Of a stretch of DNA of 64,000 nucleotides, positions 1-9,615 are shown one piece after another. The stretch comes from Histomonas meleagridis 2922-C6/04-290x (lineage: Eukaryota; Protista; Parabasalia), in contig JAANOX010000258.1 of the NCBI GenBank assembly GCA_020184695.1, positions 310,001-374,000 of the forward strand. The letters run 5' to 3'. Within the stretch, counting starts at the first letter, position 1. Each line of letters opens with the position of its first letter. A program made the position numbers and the translations under genes. The notes under the pieces are model-generated. The model saw only the letters and a list, made by a program, of their open reading frames with translations, did not search any database and was not told the DNA's origin.

Positions 1-2161
1 AGAAAATTTAACAAACGCAAAAACAAACAAAGAAAAAACTGTTAACCCCACAGACGACAAACCAAGCACGAGTGAATCTAATCAAAAGAATTTAAATCAA
101 GAATCAATAGATAACGAAACATCATCCCTTAAAGAAACTCAAATAATTAACAAAACAAACAATGAGAATACCGAGAAAACCACAGTCAAAAACGATGAAC
201 CCAACAAAATTATTGAAAATGTCAAAAAAGAAATTAATTCAGATAGTTCTCCAACAACTAATATCGAACCACGAATTGAGAAAAAGCCACGAAGAGAAAA
301 GAAAAACGTTATCATACCAACCGAAAGTTTTGGTTTGGTACCCAATTCAATTCTCTGCGAAAATTATATCAAATCAGATGAAGAAAATGAGAACAACAAA
401 ACAGAGAATGTCTTTAAATTTACAGGTCAAGAAGAAATCAGAATTCGAACAAGAAAACGGTCGTCGAGTTTTAATATCAAAACTAAGAACATTGAACTCA
501 TCAAAGAAGAAGTCAAAGGAAATGTCCTTAAAAAAGTTTATGAACAATATAAAAAGAAACCTGCTCCAGTTGTAGGGAAAAGATCATTTTTCACTCGACA
601 CAGAAGTCAAACATCACCAAGTATCAAAAAGATGTTTGAACCAATTGATTTAAGTAGTAACTCAAGTAATGACGAAGCTATTTCAAGTGAAGATGAACAA
701 AGAAGACAAAACAAAATAAAGAATGATAAAATTTGGGAATCATTAATTACAGATAATAAAATAATAAAAAATAAAAAAGTTGATCAAACAAAAGAAATTG
801 CAAACTCATCTGATAATGATAAAGTATCAGTAACAGATAACAAATCAACGAAAAGTCAAATGGTTAGTGCAAGTTCAGATAATGAAATAAAAGATAAAAA
901 AGTTAATCAACCGAAAGAAGTTACAAATTCTTCTAAAGATGATAAAGTTTCAGTAACAGATAACAAATCAACGAAAAGTCCAATGGCTAGTGCAAGTTCA
1001 GATAATGATATAAAAGTTAAAAAAACTGATCAGACAAAAGAAGTTACAAATTCTTCAGTAACATATAACAAATCAATAACTTCTAATGATGATAAAAATA
1101 ATAATAAAAGTAATCAAACTAAAGAAATTACAAATTCACCAACGAAAGATGATAATGACACTAAAAATATTAAAATCGAAAACAAATCAATAAAAAGTAA
1201 AACAATTTCAAGCAATGAAAACAAAAATATTAAATCAAAACAAATTACAGAAGAGAAAAAAGGAGATCGAGAAAATGTTATCAAAAAAGTATATGAGCAA
1301 TATAAAAAGAAAGATAATCAAAGTCCTCAAAAGATAACAACGCGAAATAAGAACAGATTTGCATCACCCACAAAAGCAAACGAAATCACTAAGAAGTCAA
1401 GTCCAAAGAAAGAAGATAACAGTAAAACATCTCCAAATTCGGTAAAAAGAACTTCAAATAAGCAAAATTCACCAAAAACAAGTCCAACACAAACTAAACA
1501 AAATGCAAACAAAAAAGTAAATTCATCAACAGAAGACAAAGAAAAACAAAACAACAAAAATCCAACAAGTTTAAAAAACGAACCAGAAAATATCGATAAT
1601 AGCACAAAAGCATCAAAACGAACTTTAAATAAAGAAATTGTAAATATTAACAAACAAAATAATAGAAAAAATATAAATTCACCAAAAGAAAAAGTAAAAA
1701 ACATAAATGATAACTTTAGTTCAGATGATGAAACTAATAATAAAACATCACCGAAAATAACTTCAAATAAGCAAAATTCACCAAAAACAAGTCCAACTCA
1801 AACCAAAAAAACAAATTCGCCAGAAGATAAAGATAAAGTTTCATATGATAAAACGCAAACAAAAATTGATGAGAAATCATTCGCAAATAAAGCAAATTCG
1901 CGAAACATGACAAACGCAGATGCTGAAGGAAAAGAAGTAAAAACAAATGCAAACTTAAAAAATGTTAACCAAAAACAGACAAATGAAACAGATAAAAATA
2001 AATACATTAATGGCAACATGATGAACCTAATACGAAAAGAACTTTTAAGTCCTCCTTTTATAGACGAAATGAGACAAAAAATTATAAGCGATGAGTTCAT
2101 TCAGGAAGTGAAGCATAAAGTTAATTTGCAAGAGACTTCATCAGATTCGGAAAACGATTAA
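1..2161 (+). CDS. Low-complexity K/N/S/T-rich hypothetical protein, 5'-partial
   Basis: The frame of ORF 335..2161 is open back to position 2, so the TTG start is probably not the real start. Internal duplicated segments: DKVSVTDNKSTKS x2, KKVYEQYKKK x2, TSNKQNSPKTSPTQTK x2. Confidence 0.7.
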   Translation, partial: ENLTNAKTNKEKTVNPTDDKPSTSESNQKNLNQESIDNETSSLKETQIINKTNNENTEKTTVKNDEPNKIIENVKKEINSDSSPTTNIEPRIEKKPRREKKNVIIPTESFGLVPNSILCENYIKSDEENENNKTENVFKFTGQEEIRIRTRKRSSSFNIKTKNIELIKEEVKGNVLKKVYEQYKKKPAPVVGKRSFFTRHRSQTSPSIKKMFEPIDLSSNSSNDEAISSEDEQRRQNKIKNDKIWESLITDNKIIKNKKVDQTKEIANSSDNDKVSVTDNKSTKSQMVSASSDNEIKDKKVNQPKEVTNSSKDDKVSVTDNKSTKSPMASASSDNDIKVKKTDQTKEVTNSSVTYNKSITSNDDKNNNKSNQTKEITNSPTKDDNDTKNIKIENKSIKSKTISSNENKNIKSKQITEEKKGDRENVIKKVYEQYKKKDNQSPQKITTRNKNRFASPTKANEITKKSSPKKEDNSKTSPNSVKRTSNKQNSPKTSPTQTKQNANKKVNSSTEDKEKQNNKNPTSLKNEPENIDNSTKASKRTLNKEIVNINKQNNRKNINSPKEKVKNINDNFSSDDETNNKTSPKITSNKQNSPKTSPTQTKKTNSPEDKDKVSYDKTQTKIDEKSFANKANSRNMTNADAEGKEVKTNANLKNVNQKQTNETDKNKYINGNMMNLIRKELLSPPFIDEMRQKIISDEFIQEVKHKVNLQETSSDSEND

Positions 2162-3203
2162 GAAAATATGTGATTTTCGAAATGAAATGAATGAATGAAT
2201 TTCGAAAATAATGTTATTAAACAAACTGTTTCTTTTATATTTTTTTTTAATGGATTTATGTATCAATAAACAAGTTTTTGAAATTATGAGTATTTGAATA
2301 GAGAATTACAAAAGTTATCTTACCATACCTATCTATTCATTTAAATCGGAGATCAATCAATAATCACAGAGAAAGAATCATGTCATAAAAAACAAGCACT
2401 ATATAATCTAAAAATATCAAAAGTTTAATGGAACAATTTAAAATTCATAAAAACTTTTAGACATTAGATCAATATCTTCAAACTAACAAACAATGCATTA
2501 TAATTCAGCTCAATTTTAATATATACACACACTAAAGCATATTTTAACAAAGCAAAATTTTGCATGATAAAGAAAAATTGCCATTTGTTACAAATTAATT
2601 AAATTAACAACAAGTGAATTCACAAATATAAAAATCATGTCTACAAATGGTTTTCTAATATTGTTTTTAATATGATTAAGATTGTCTTATCTTTGACCTT
2701 GATCTATTTTTCCAATGCATTGTTTTAAAAATAATATGTAACTTTTCATGAAAATTAGACAATGTTCCACACCTTATAAAATCCTAAAAAATATCAAAAC
2801 GAATATTTTTCATAAAAAATTATTATTTGATTACCTTAATTATGTAAAATAAATAATTACCAAGTTAAGTCCTTAATAAGGTTATAAGTTTGAGTTATTT
2901 TGTAGTTAATTTTTTAATCAATATACAAAAAACAATAATAGAATAAGTCAAAAGATTTACCCTTTATAATATTGATAAACTTAGATAATAATAAAATTTT
3001 ATTACATAATGTTTCGTATATTATTCTTATTTTTCTAAAAAAATTTCAAAAAAAGTCACTTATTCCGTAAAATAATTAACTTATTTTTACAATTAACAAA
3101 TTATAACCATTCTTTAAAAGTGTGTCGAAAAAGTTTTTTACTTTTAACCATAAAAAATTCACTTTAAGTGGCTACTTAGCAGAACGCGCATTTAGCACCG
3201 GCG

Positions 3204-4201
3204 CTATGTACTAGCGATTACAGTAATTGTTTCTTCAGTATCAGCATAGTCTACTGGCCTTTTATTTAAGGAATCTTTCAAATTTTTATTTGCGCCTTTG
3301 CTCAACAAATATTTTACTAAAGGAAAATTCGAATTTTTGGCAGCATAATGAAGGCATGTGCTTACACAACAATCTTGTTGATTTACGTCGAAATTAAGTT
3401 CGTCTAACATTTAAGAATTAAATTAGTGTTGAAAAATCGGCTTGCATTCGAGAGAGTAAAATCTAATGTACCATTACTATACATTTGGGGTGCCCTACGA
3501 TAGAAAATTTCACAACTTTATTGTTGTGGCACTGAATCGCAACGCCAATATTAGAGCTGAGGTCGTGCCTATTAGAAAGCAATTGAACCGCTTCAAGGTT
3601 ACCACCCTCAACCGCCACAACCTTAGCTTCACTTCCAAGAAAGCAATGATTTTGCTCAAAGTAATTTAAAATTTTCATCGAACCACAAAATGCTGCAAAG
3701 ACAGGCATATTAAAAATGTAGTTGTACAACGTTATTGAGGAGCTGATGTTAGGTCTCGAACTGGAAAAATCAAGAAACCCATCAAGATCATCATTTCGAA
3801 TGAAATGCCAAATTGAGTTTTCTTGAATAGGGTCTTTTTCATATTCTTCAACCGACTTGATTTTGTTTGGATCAAAGTTGTTGTCTCCAATAAGGCCGCG
3901 TGCATAAAAGTAATAAGAAGCTTCAGTTGGATAAAAATCAATGAGAGAATCCTGTGAGTTCAAATAAATCACCATATAGCTTGAGGTTAAGATAAATAAA
4001 TTGAGAAGTTATTGTACACCGGATTAATTTTTGAACCCATAACTTATCAAGCTTGTGAATAAGTGATTTTGCTTCTTCAAAATTTGAAGACGAAAGGTGG
4101 TGAACCAATTCTTCAAAATGAGCATATTCCAAAACTTTTGTTTCGAGGTCTTCAGCAGTTTCCTGAACCAATCCATCAGTTTCAGCAATTTGCTCTTGCA
4201 T
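3204..4201 (-). pseudogene. DUF3447-like/ankyrin protein split by about 3 single-base frameshifts (pseudogene or consensus error)
   Basis: ORFs 3938..4201, 3463..3975 and 3204..3410 join through shifts in TC, T and A runs. Motifs: IRNDDLDGF, AAFCGSMKILNYF, GGNLEAVQ, TCLHYAAKNSNFPLVKYLLSKGA. Confidence 0.7.
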
Positions 4202-4873
4202 AAATTTGTAAAGTATTCATATGCTATTGACTGGTTTATATTACGATATAATCGTTTTTTATTGAAAAATAAATTTGATTTGAATTTAAATGAATGATTT
4301 CTTTTGTGGTTTCATATGATAACTAATCCGAAATCGGGGAATTTGTTAAAAGCTTATCGCGTAATTGAAGAAATTGTGTTACAAAATTATTTCCAATAAT
4401 TTAATTTGTATCATGCTAGAACATTGAAAACAAAATTCCATCTGACAAGCTTGTATCATTTTTTGAAACCTTATCACTTTCTTTTTGTTGAATTTGTTAA
4501 TTTAAAATTATTGATTATTTGGGGAAAAAAATTTTTTAATCTTTGGAAGTTGAAGTGGTAACACATTTTTTTGTAACCTTAAAGATAATACCTGATTACA
4601 TTTGATTTTAATTAATTTAGTCTTTTTGGTGTTTGACTTCATTTTCTTTATATTATTACATATTAAAACATGGTTTGCATTATTTGGTGAGCTCAATCTA
4701 CAACCTAATTATGTATATTATTGAATGATTGCAACATAAGTGATATTCTTATTTATGCTACGATTGCATGTAAGTAAATAGCAGTCACGGATTTAAGTCA
4801 TTATCGGAACGATGTTTTCATGACTCCTGTGGGTGAGAGATGCAAACGTAATCTTTTGCAAGTAATTAATTAA

Positions 4874-4920
4874 AAAGTGACATTATTAAAAAGTACTTTT
4901 TAACGGTTATGGCTGGCCTT
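4874..4920 (+). promoter_or_regulatory. Trichomonad-type core promoter of RPLP2 (M2 AAAGTGAC, M3 AACGGTT, M5-like GGCCTT)
   Basis: AAAGTGAC at 4874-4881, AACGGTT at 4902-4908 and GGCCTT at 4915-4920 lie just upstream of the ATG. They match core promoter motifs described for Trichomonas vaginalis. Confidence 0.6.
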
Positions 4921-4927
4921 AATCAGC

Positions 4928-5239
4928 ATGAAATACATCGCTGCATATCTTCTTGCCCAAGCTGGTGGCGACGCCTCCCCATCCAAAGAAAAGATTACAG
5001 CAATCCTCGAAAGTGTTGGTATCCAAGTTGATGCTAAAGCAATTGATGCCCTTCTTGAAAAATTAAATGGTAAAAACATTGAAGAACTTATCAAGGAAGG
5101 TTCTTCTAAACTCGCCGTTGTTGGAGGTGGTGCTGCAGCTCCAGCCGCTGCTGCAACAACAGAAGTTAAGGAAGAAGAAAAGAAGGAGGAAGAAGAAGTT
5201 GTTGAATTGGCAGGTGGATTTGATGATCTCTTCGATTAA
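4928..5239 (+). CDS. RPLP2: 60S acidic ribosomal protein P2
   Basis: N-terminus MKYIAAYLLA, Ala-rich hinge, acidic tail ending GGFDDLFD. Confidence 0.95.
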   Translation: MKYIAAYLLAQAGGDASPSKEKITAILESVGIQVDAKAIDALLEKLNGKNIEELIKEGSSKLAVVGGGAAAPAAAATTEVKEEEKKEEEEVVELAGGFDDLFD

Positions 5240-5521
5240 AATTACATAAACGCACATTTCAACTTTGCATTTTTTTAAATTTTTTTTTGAACAATTTTTA
5301 TTTAAATCAATAAATTAACACCACTGAATCATATACCACGCCATAGTAACCAAACAACAATTTCATGTTACTAATTAAAACAAAATAGTTTTTCGTATTG
5401 AGATTTTATTTTAGAATTTTGGAATAAAAATTGTTGATAAAATTTCGCTGAATTGTGATCGTTTTATATTCAATTCACTTTTTAAAATAAAAGTCATTTC
5501 ACATAATTTTTATGATCCAAG

Positions 5522-6448
5522 TTAATCTGTCCAATCAGTGTATTTTGTATTTGCGAAAATAGAAACCCCATAGAAATAACTTGACTTGTTCACATCATTT
5601 TGGAACTCGTTGAAAACGAGCAAGATGTTTTCGTTGAGCGCATTTTCATTCGGATATTCTAGGACCCCCATTCCTACCACAGTTGGTACTTTGTCGTTTA
5701 GATATCCCTGCGCATTTTTGATTACGACTTCGGCAGTTTCGCCAGTTCCGCTATATATCATTGGTGCAACCATGTGAAGGCGTTTTGAGTTCACGAAGTC
5801 ATACCCATGAGTGTTAGGGAATCGGCCTGAATTTGCTCTATTGGGAAACCAATATGCAATGGCCGATGATAACAAACAATTTTCTGAATAATTCGAAACG
5901 AGTTTTCGAACCTCTTCAAGTACGACAAGGAACTTATCAATTATAGAGATTTGCGTATTATCGTCTCCATTTTTCCATTCGTCGAGTGCATGTGGTTCAG
6001 CATCAAGATGAATTCCTTCAACAGTCAGATTGTTATCGCGTAAGAAATCAAGAATTTCTGTAATTTTTTTTTTGGATGCATCAACATCAGTGACATATTG
6101 TGTACCTTCAAGTGTCATCCAATGAACACTTATTCCTTTATCATGAAAAGCTTTGATATTTGCTGCTGCAATGCTTGTGCGCATTGAGATAAAAACAAAG
6201 TTCCAACCTTTTGATTTTGCATAATTGGCATTATGTTCTGCATCATTATAAGATGAGTGATAAAACCATCCACCTCTACAATTGTGATTTCCAACACCAC
6301 ACAATGAAGGCGTTACACCTTCAGGATCTTTTGTTGATAAAGTTACAGACAGAGTAACTACGAGAACAACCACAATAACTGCAGAAACGCAAAGGATAAT
6401 AAAGTTTCTCATTGAAAGGCATCCAATTTTTTTATCAGCAAATCCCAT
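5522..6448 (-). CDS. Type II membrane protein with a putative glycoside-hydrolase-like TIM-barrel domain
   Basis: N-terminal TM anchor (FIILCVSAVIVVVLVVTLSV). EGIHLDAEPH resembles a GH18-like DxE strand. APMIY and GVSIF resemble later barrel strands. Confidence 0.55.
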   Translation of the reverse strand: MGFADKKIGCLSMRNFIILCVSAVIVVVLVVTLSVTLSTKDPEGVTPSLCGVGNHNCRGGWFYHSSYNDAEHNANYAKSKGWNFVFISMRTSIAAANIKAFHDKGISVHWMTLEGTQYVTDVDASKKKITEILDFLRDNNLTVEGIHLDAEPHALDEWKNGDDNTQISIIDKFLVVLEEVRKLVSNYSENCLLSSAIAYWFPNRANSGRFPNTHGYDFVNSKRLHMVAPMIYSGTGETAEVVIKNAQGYLNDKVPTVVGMGVLEYPNENALNENILLVFNEFQNDVNKSSYFYGVSIFANTKYTDWTD

Positions 6449-7189
6449 GAACTAAAGTGGTTGTGAAAAATATTTTGTTAGCTGTGGAGAAACAGAACAA
6501 TTTCGACTTTTTGAGTCAGTGATTGGTCAAAAAGTAGCGTTCATTCAATTTTGACAAGAACTTGCTTGACGGTTATTATTGTGTAATTAACAACTTTGGT
6601 ATAAAAAAGTGGCTTCATAAATTTGATGAAAGCCCGCCAAAAATTGTTTGATAATTTTTCAATACAGTCGTTAAAACCGTTTTTTCTGGTAGCTATTTAG
6701 GCATTTTTCCATCTTTATACATAAAAGTTCAATAAAATTTGGTCTTGTTATGCCAACCCCATGCTTTTTTTGTTTTGATAACCAATTATATGTTTTCGAT
6801 ATAAAATTATATAATTTACCAATTATATTTTTCAAAGGAATTGTAAATAAAAAACACTTTTTCATCGTTGTAGAAAATCAAGATAAATAGCAGATATCAA
6901 GTTTAATAATTTCGAAGATTTAAGAATCATTCAAATGAGTTTATTCTTATATTAATATTTTTCCGAAAAAAACATATCTTTTTCTCATTTTCCAAATTAT
7001 ATCTATCATTCATTGTTCAAAAGGATAAATTTATTTTTTAGGATGACGAATATTAAAGTTTTATCGAACATCCTCTTTTTGGAGACCGTTTACAGAAGCC
7101 AAGAATAAAGTTTCAATGTTAACGTACAATTTTTTCTGAATCTTCATTTAAAAACAGAAAACCTGCTTTTTCACAAGTGCATTCAATTA

Positions 7190-7639
7190 TTGAAATGGCC
7201 ACCCATCACAATCCCAATGTGCAAGGAAGTCGACGAACAGCCAAAGAAGGAAACAAAGAAGGAGAAGCCAGCCCCACCACCTCAGCCAGCCGAAACACCT
7301 AAACCAGCTGAACAACCTCAGCCAGCTGAACCACCTGAACCCGCTCAACCACCCACAGAACCAACTAAAGAAGAACCTTCAACTTCTTCCTCCTCTTCTT
7401 CTTCATCTTCTCATCATTCATCTCCTCCAGCTCCAGCTCCAACACCTGCTCCAGCTCCGGAACCAGCCCCAGCCCCAGCTCCAGAACCAACACCAGCACC
7501 ACCTCCAGAACCAACACCAGCCCCATCAAACCCTACCCCTGATACCTCAACAGGAAGCGATAGTGATTATTACACATCCTCTTATGGATCATACACCGAT
7601 GACTACACTGATTCATACGGTGATAGCTCATATAGCTAA
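7190..7639 (+). CDS. Pro/Ala/Ser-rich low-complexity protein (possibly starts at ATG 7043 across an in-frame TAA at 7106)
   Basis: PAPEP/PAPAP repeats, a poly-Ser run and a Tyr/Asp/Ser-rich tail. GC is higher than the flanks. Confidence 0.55.
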   Translation: MKWPPITIPMCKEVDEQPKKETKKEKPAPPPQPAETPKPAEQPQPAEPPEPAQPPTEPTKEEPSTSSSSSSSSSHHSSPPAPAPTPAPAPEPAPAPAPEPTPAPPPEPTPAPSNPTPDTSTGSDSDYYTSSYGSYTDDYTDSYGDSSYS

Positions 7640-8143
7640 AAAGTTTAAGCGAACCAAAATAAGAACACAATAAACGCAACGTCATCTCTTAATCTTTTTT
7701 ACCGCCTCAAAAACCATTGGATGATCAAATGGACCAAACGACGATAGGCAGAATTGAGAACAAACAACAAAATAAATTAAAAGTTTACAGGGAAAAATCG
7801 TAACAAATAACCGAAAATTGAATGAAATTAAACGTATCGGTTTTTTATAGGGACTTTGGTAAAGTTCTCAATCAAATGTTTGCCAAGAAAATATTGTGCT
7901 CAAAAAGTAAACGTGGCCTTATCGTACCAACTTTTTAAATGCGATTCTGACGAGACCGATCAAAACTGTCTTCCTTGTGTCTCTTGAGAACAAATTTGTT
8001 TCATCGTTGAAACAGTAATTTATTCATCCGATTGAATATAAAAAACAACACTTCGAAGAAATTCAATTTATTTTTAAAAAGGATATTCTAAATTTTATTA
8101 AAAAAATGAGTGTATAATTCTGATTCAACAAAAACAATTTTAA

Positions 8144-9514
8144 TTATTCGCTTTTTTCAGCCTGAGCTATTATGTGTTTAACATGCGCTGGTGAGATTTT
8201 TGTTTTTATATTTCGCATAATATTTTTTACAAGAGTCGAAAGAGGAATATTTGCCCTAAAAGAAGCACCAGAAGCGGATGGAGAATTTGGCCAAATTGCA
8301 ATTATCGGCTCATCAGCATTTGGCACTTGTAATCCGGGGACGTATTGCGACTTCGGGTTAAACTCATAAAACTCAATGTTATCATATTCCTTAAAAATAC
8401 TTATCATTTTCATTACTTTTTCTTTCGACTCTTGATAACTTTCCATTCCTGGAACAGCTATCAGAAGAATTATATCTTTGTTTTCTCGCATGACAACTTT
8501 CGCAAAGTTTCGTGCATAAAGTGTTGGGATTTCAGATGTCTCTGTTTTTATTCCAAGAATTTTTTCTTCAAGGAAAATTTTGATGTTTTCAAATGTGGAA
8601 GTTCCATGTGAAAATAAACTAAGTTGTGGATTTGTAGTTGAACGAGTACTAAGAACATAAAGAACATTACCATAATTGGTAATTCCTAGTTGTTTGGCGA
8701 CATTTGTGCATTTATAAAAATCACAAAATTGGAACGATAGATTTGATGGGAAAAGTGACGCAATTTGATTGAAGAGAATTCGCATTTGGTAGAGATGGTA
8801 TGGATCATGTTCATCAACAAAAGCAACAAGAGTATTTGGTGATGTTTCTTGTCCAAATTCTTCTTGGTTGTTAATTCTGTTAATCAAATTTTTGGAATTC
8901 TCAGAAATGGTCGAAATGTTTAAATCAGTAAGATTCATCACAAAGCCATCATATGGACGTGTTAGTTGAGCAACATTAATTCCAAGCTGTTGTGAATCTG
9001 ATTTATTACGGCAAATTGCAACGTGAACAGTGCCAATAAAATTATTTAAAAGATATTTGGCTGTTTCTATTTCTGAAATATCGGAAATAACAAGATTGCA
9101 TGGAACTTTGGTTTGCTGAAATTGAACGATATCGAATATATCTTCTAAAACTGTAACTTTATGTGAAAGAAGGCTTTCACATAATTCGTTGATTCCTTTT
9201 TCTGACCAGTCCCCTTTGTAAAAATATAATAATTTTTGTCTTGCAAAAATTGCAATAGATGGTATTTTTTTAACGTTATATTTTTGTTGAATTTCTGGTG
9301 AAACATCTGTGTCAACACCTATCATTGATATTGATGATAAGTATTTATCTGTTAGATGGTCAAGTATTTCCAAGCCTCTTTTACATTCAAGGCAATTACT
9401 CGTTTGGAATAAAACTAATGAATATGGATTCTTGTTGATGAGGGAGTCAAAACTTCGCTTATTTGAAATAAATGCTTTTGCTGAGAAACAGCAAGAAATA
9501 AAAATTGGAAACAT
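8144..9514 (-). CDS. Secreted or ER thioredoxin-fold (PDI-like) protein
   Basis: Signal-peptide-like N-terminus. CxxC (CLEC) follows YSLVLFQTSN. Thioredoxin strand KIPSIAIF. Confidence 0.65.
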   Translation of the reverse strand: MFPIFISCCFSAKAFISNKRSFDSLINKNPYSLVLFQTSNCLECKRGLEILDHLTDKYLSSISMIGVDTDVSPEIQQKYNVKKIPSIAIFARQKLLYFYKGDWSEKGINELCESLLSHKVTVLEDIFDIVQFQQTKVPCNLVISDISEIETAKYLLNNFIGTVHVAICRNKSDSQQLGINVAQLTRPYDGFVMNLTDLNISTISENSKNLINRINNQEEFGQETSPNTLVAFVDEHDPYHLYQMRILFNQIASLFPSNLSFQFCDFYKCTNVAKQLGITNYGNVLYVLSTRSTTNPQLSLFSHGTSTFENIKIFLEEKILGIKTETSEIPTLYARNFAKVVMRENKDIILLIAVPGMESYQESKEKVMKMISIFKEYDNIEFYEFNPKSQYVPGLQVPNADEPIIAIWPNSPSASGASFRANIPLSTLVKNIMRNIKTKISPAHVKHIIAQAEKSE

Positions 9515-9596
9515 TTTTAATCAGACACACATTCTCAATTTTTTGAATTAAAAATAGCACTTTTGTTTCTCACTCAATATTAGGGAACATTACATA

Positions 9597-9604
9597 AAAG
9601 TGAC
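9597..9604 (+). promoter_or_regulatory. M2-type motif AAAGTGAC upstream of the DUF3447-ankyrin gene
   Basis: Exact octamer 12 nt before ATG 9617. The same motif precedes starts at 51054, 62614 (minus strand) and 63723, and the ORF at 47142. Confidence 0.55.
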
Positions 9605-9615
9605 ACTCCCTGAAG

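Noticed and set aside
1327-2100. Minus-strand Phe/Leu-rich ORFs (also 139..345, 12209..12478, 57605..57884 and similar)
   Set aside because: Antisense shadows of Lys/Asn/Glu-rich coding sequence.
4508-4696. 62-aa ATG ORF and other 60-100-aa ORFs in AT-rich intergenic DNA (e.g. 6671..6865, 18294..18476, 30787..30969, 48987..49202, 63611..63793)
   Set aside because: No motifs or promoter support, and composition is as expected for random AT-rich sequence.
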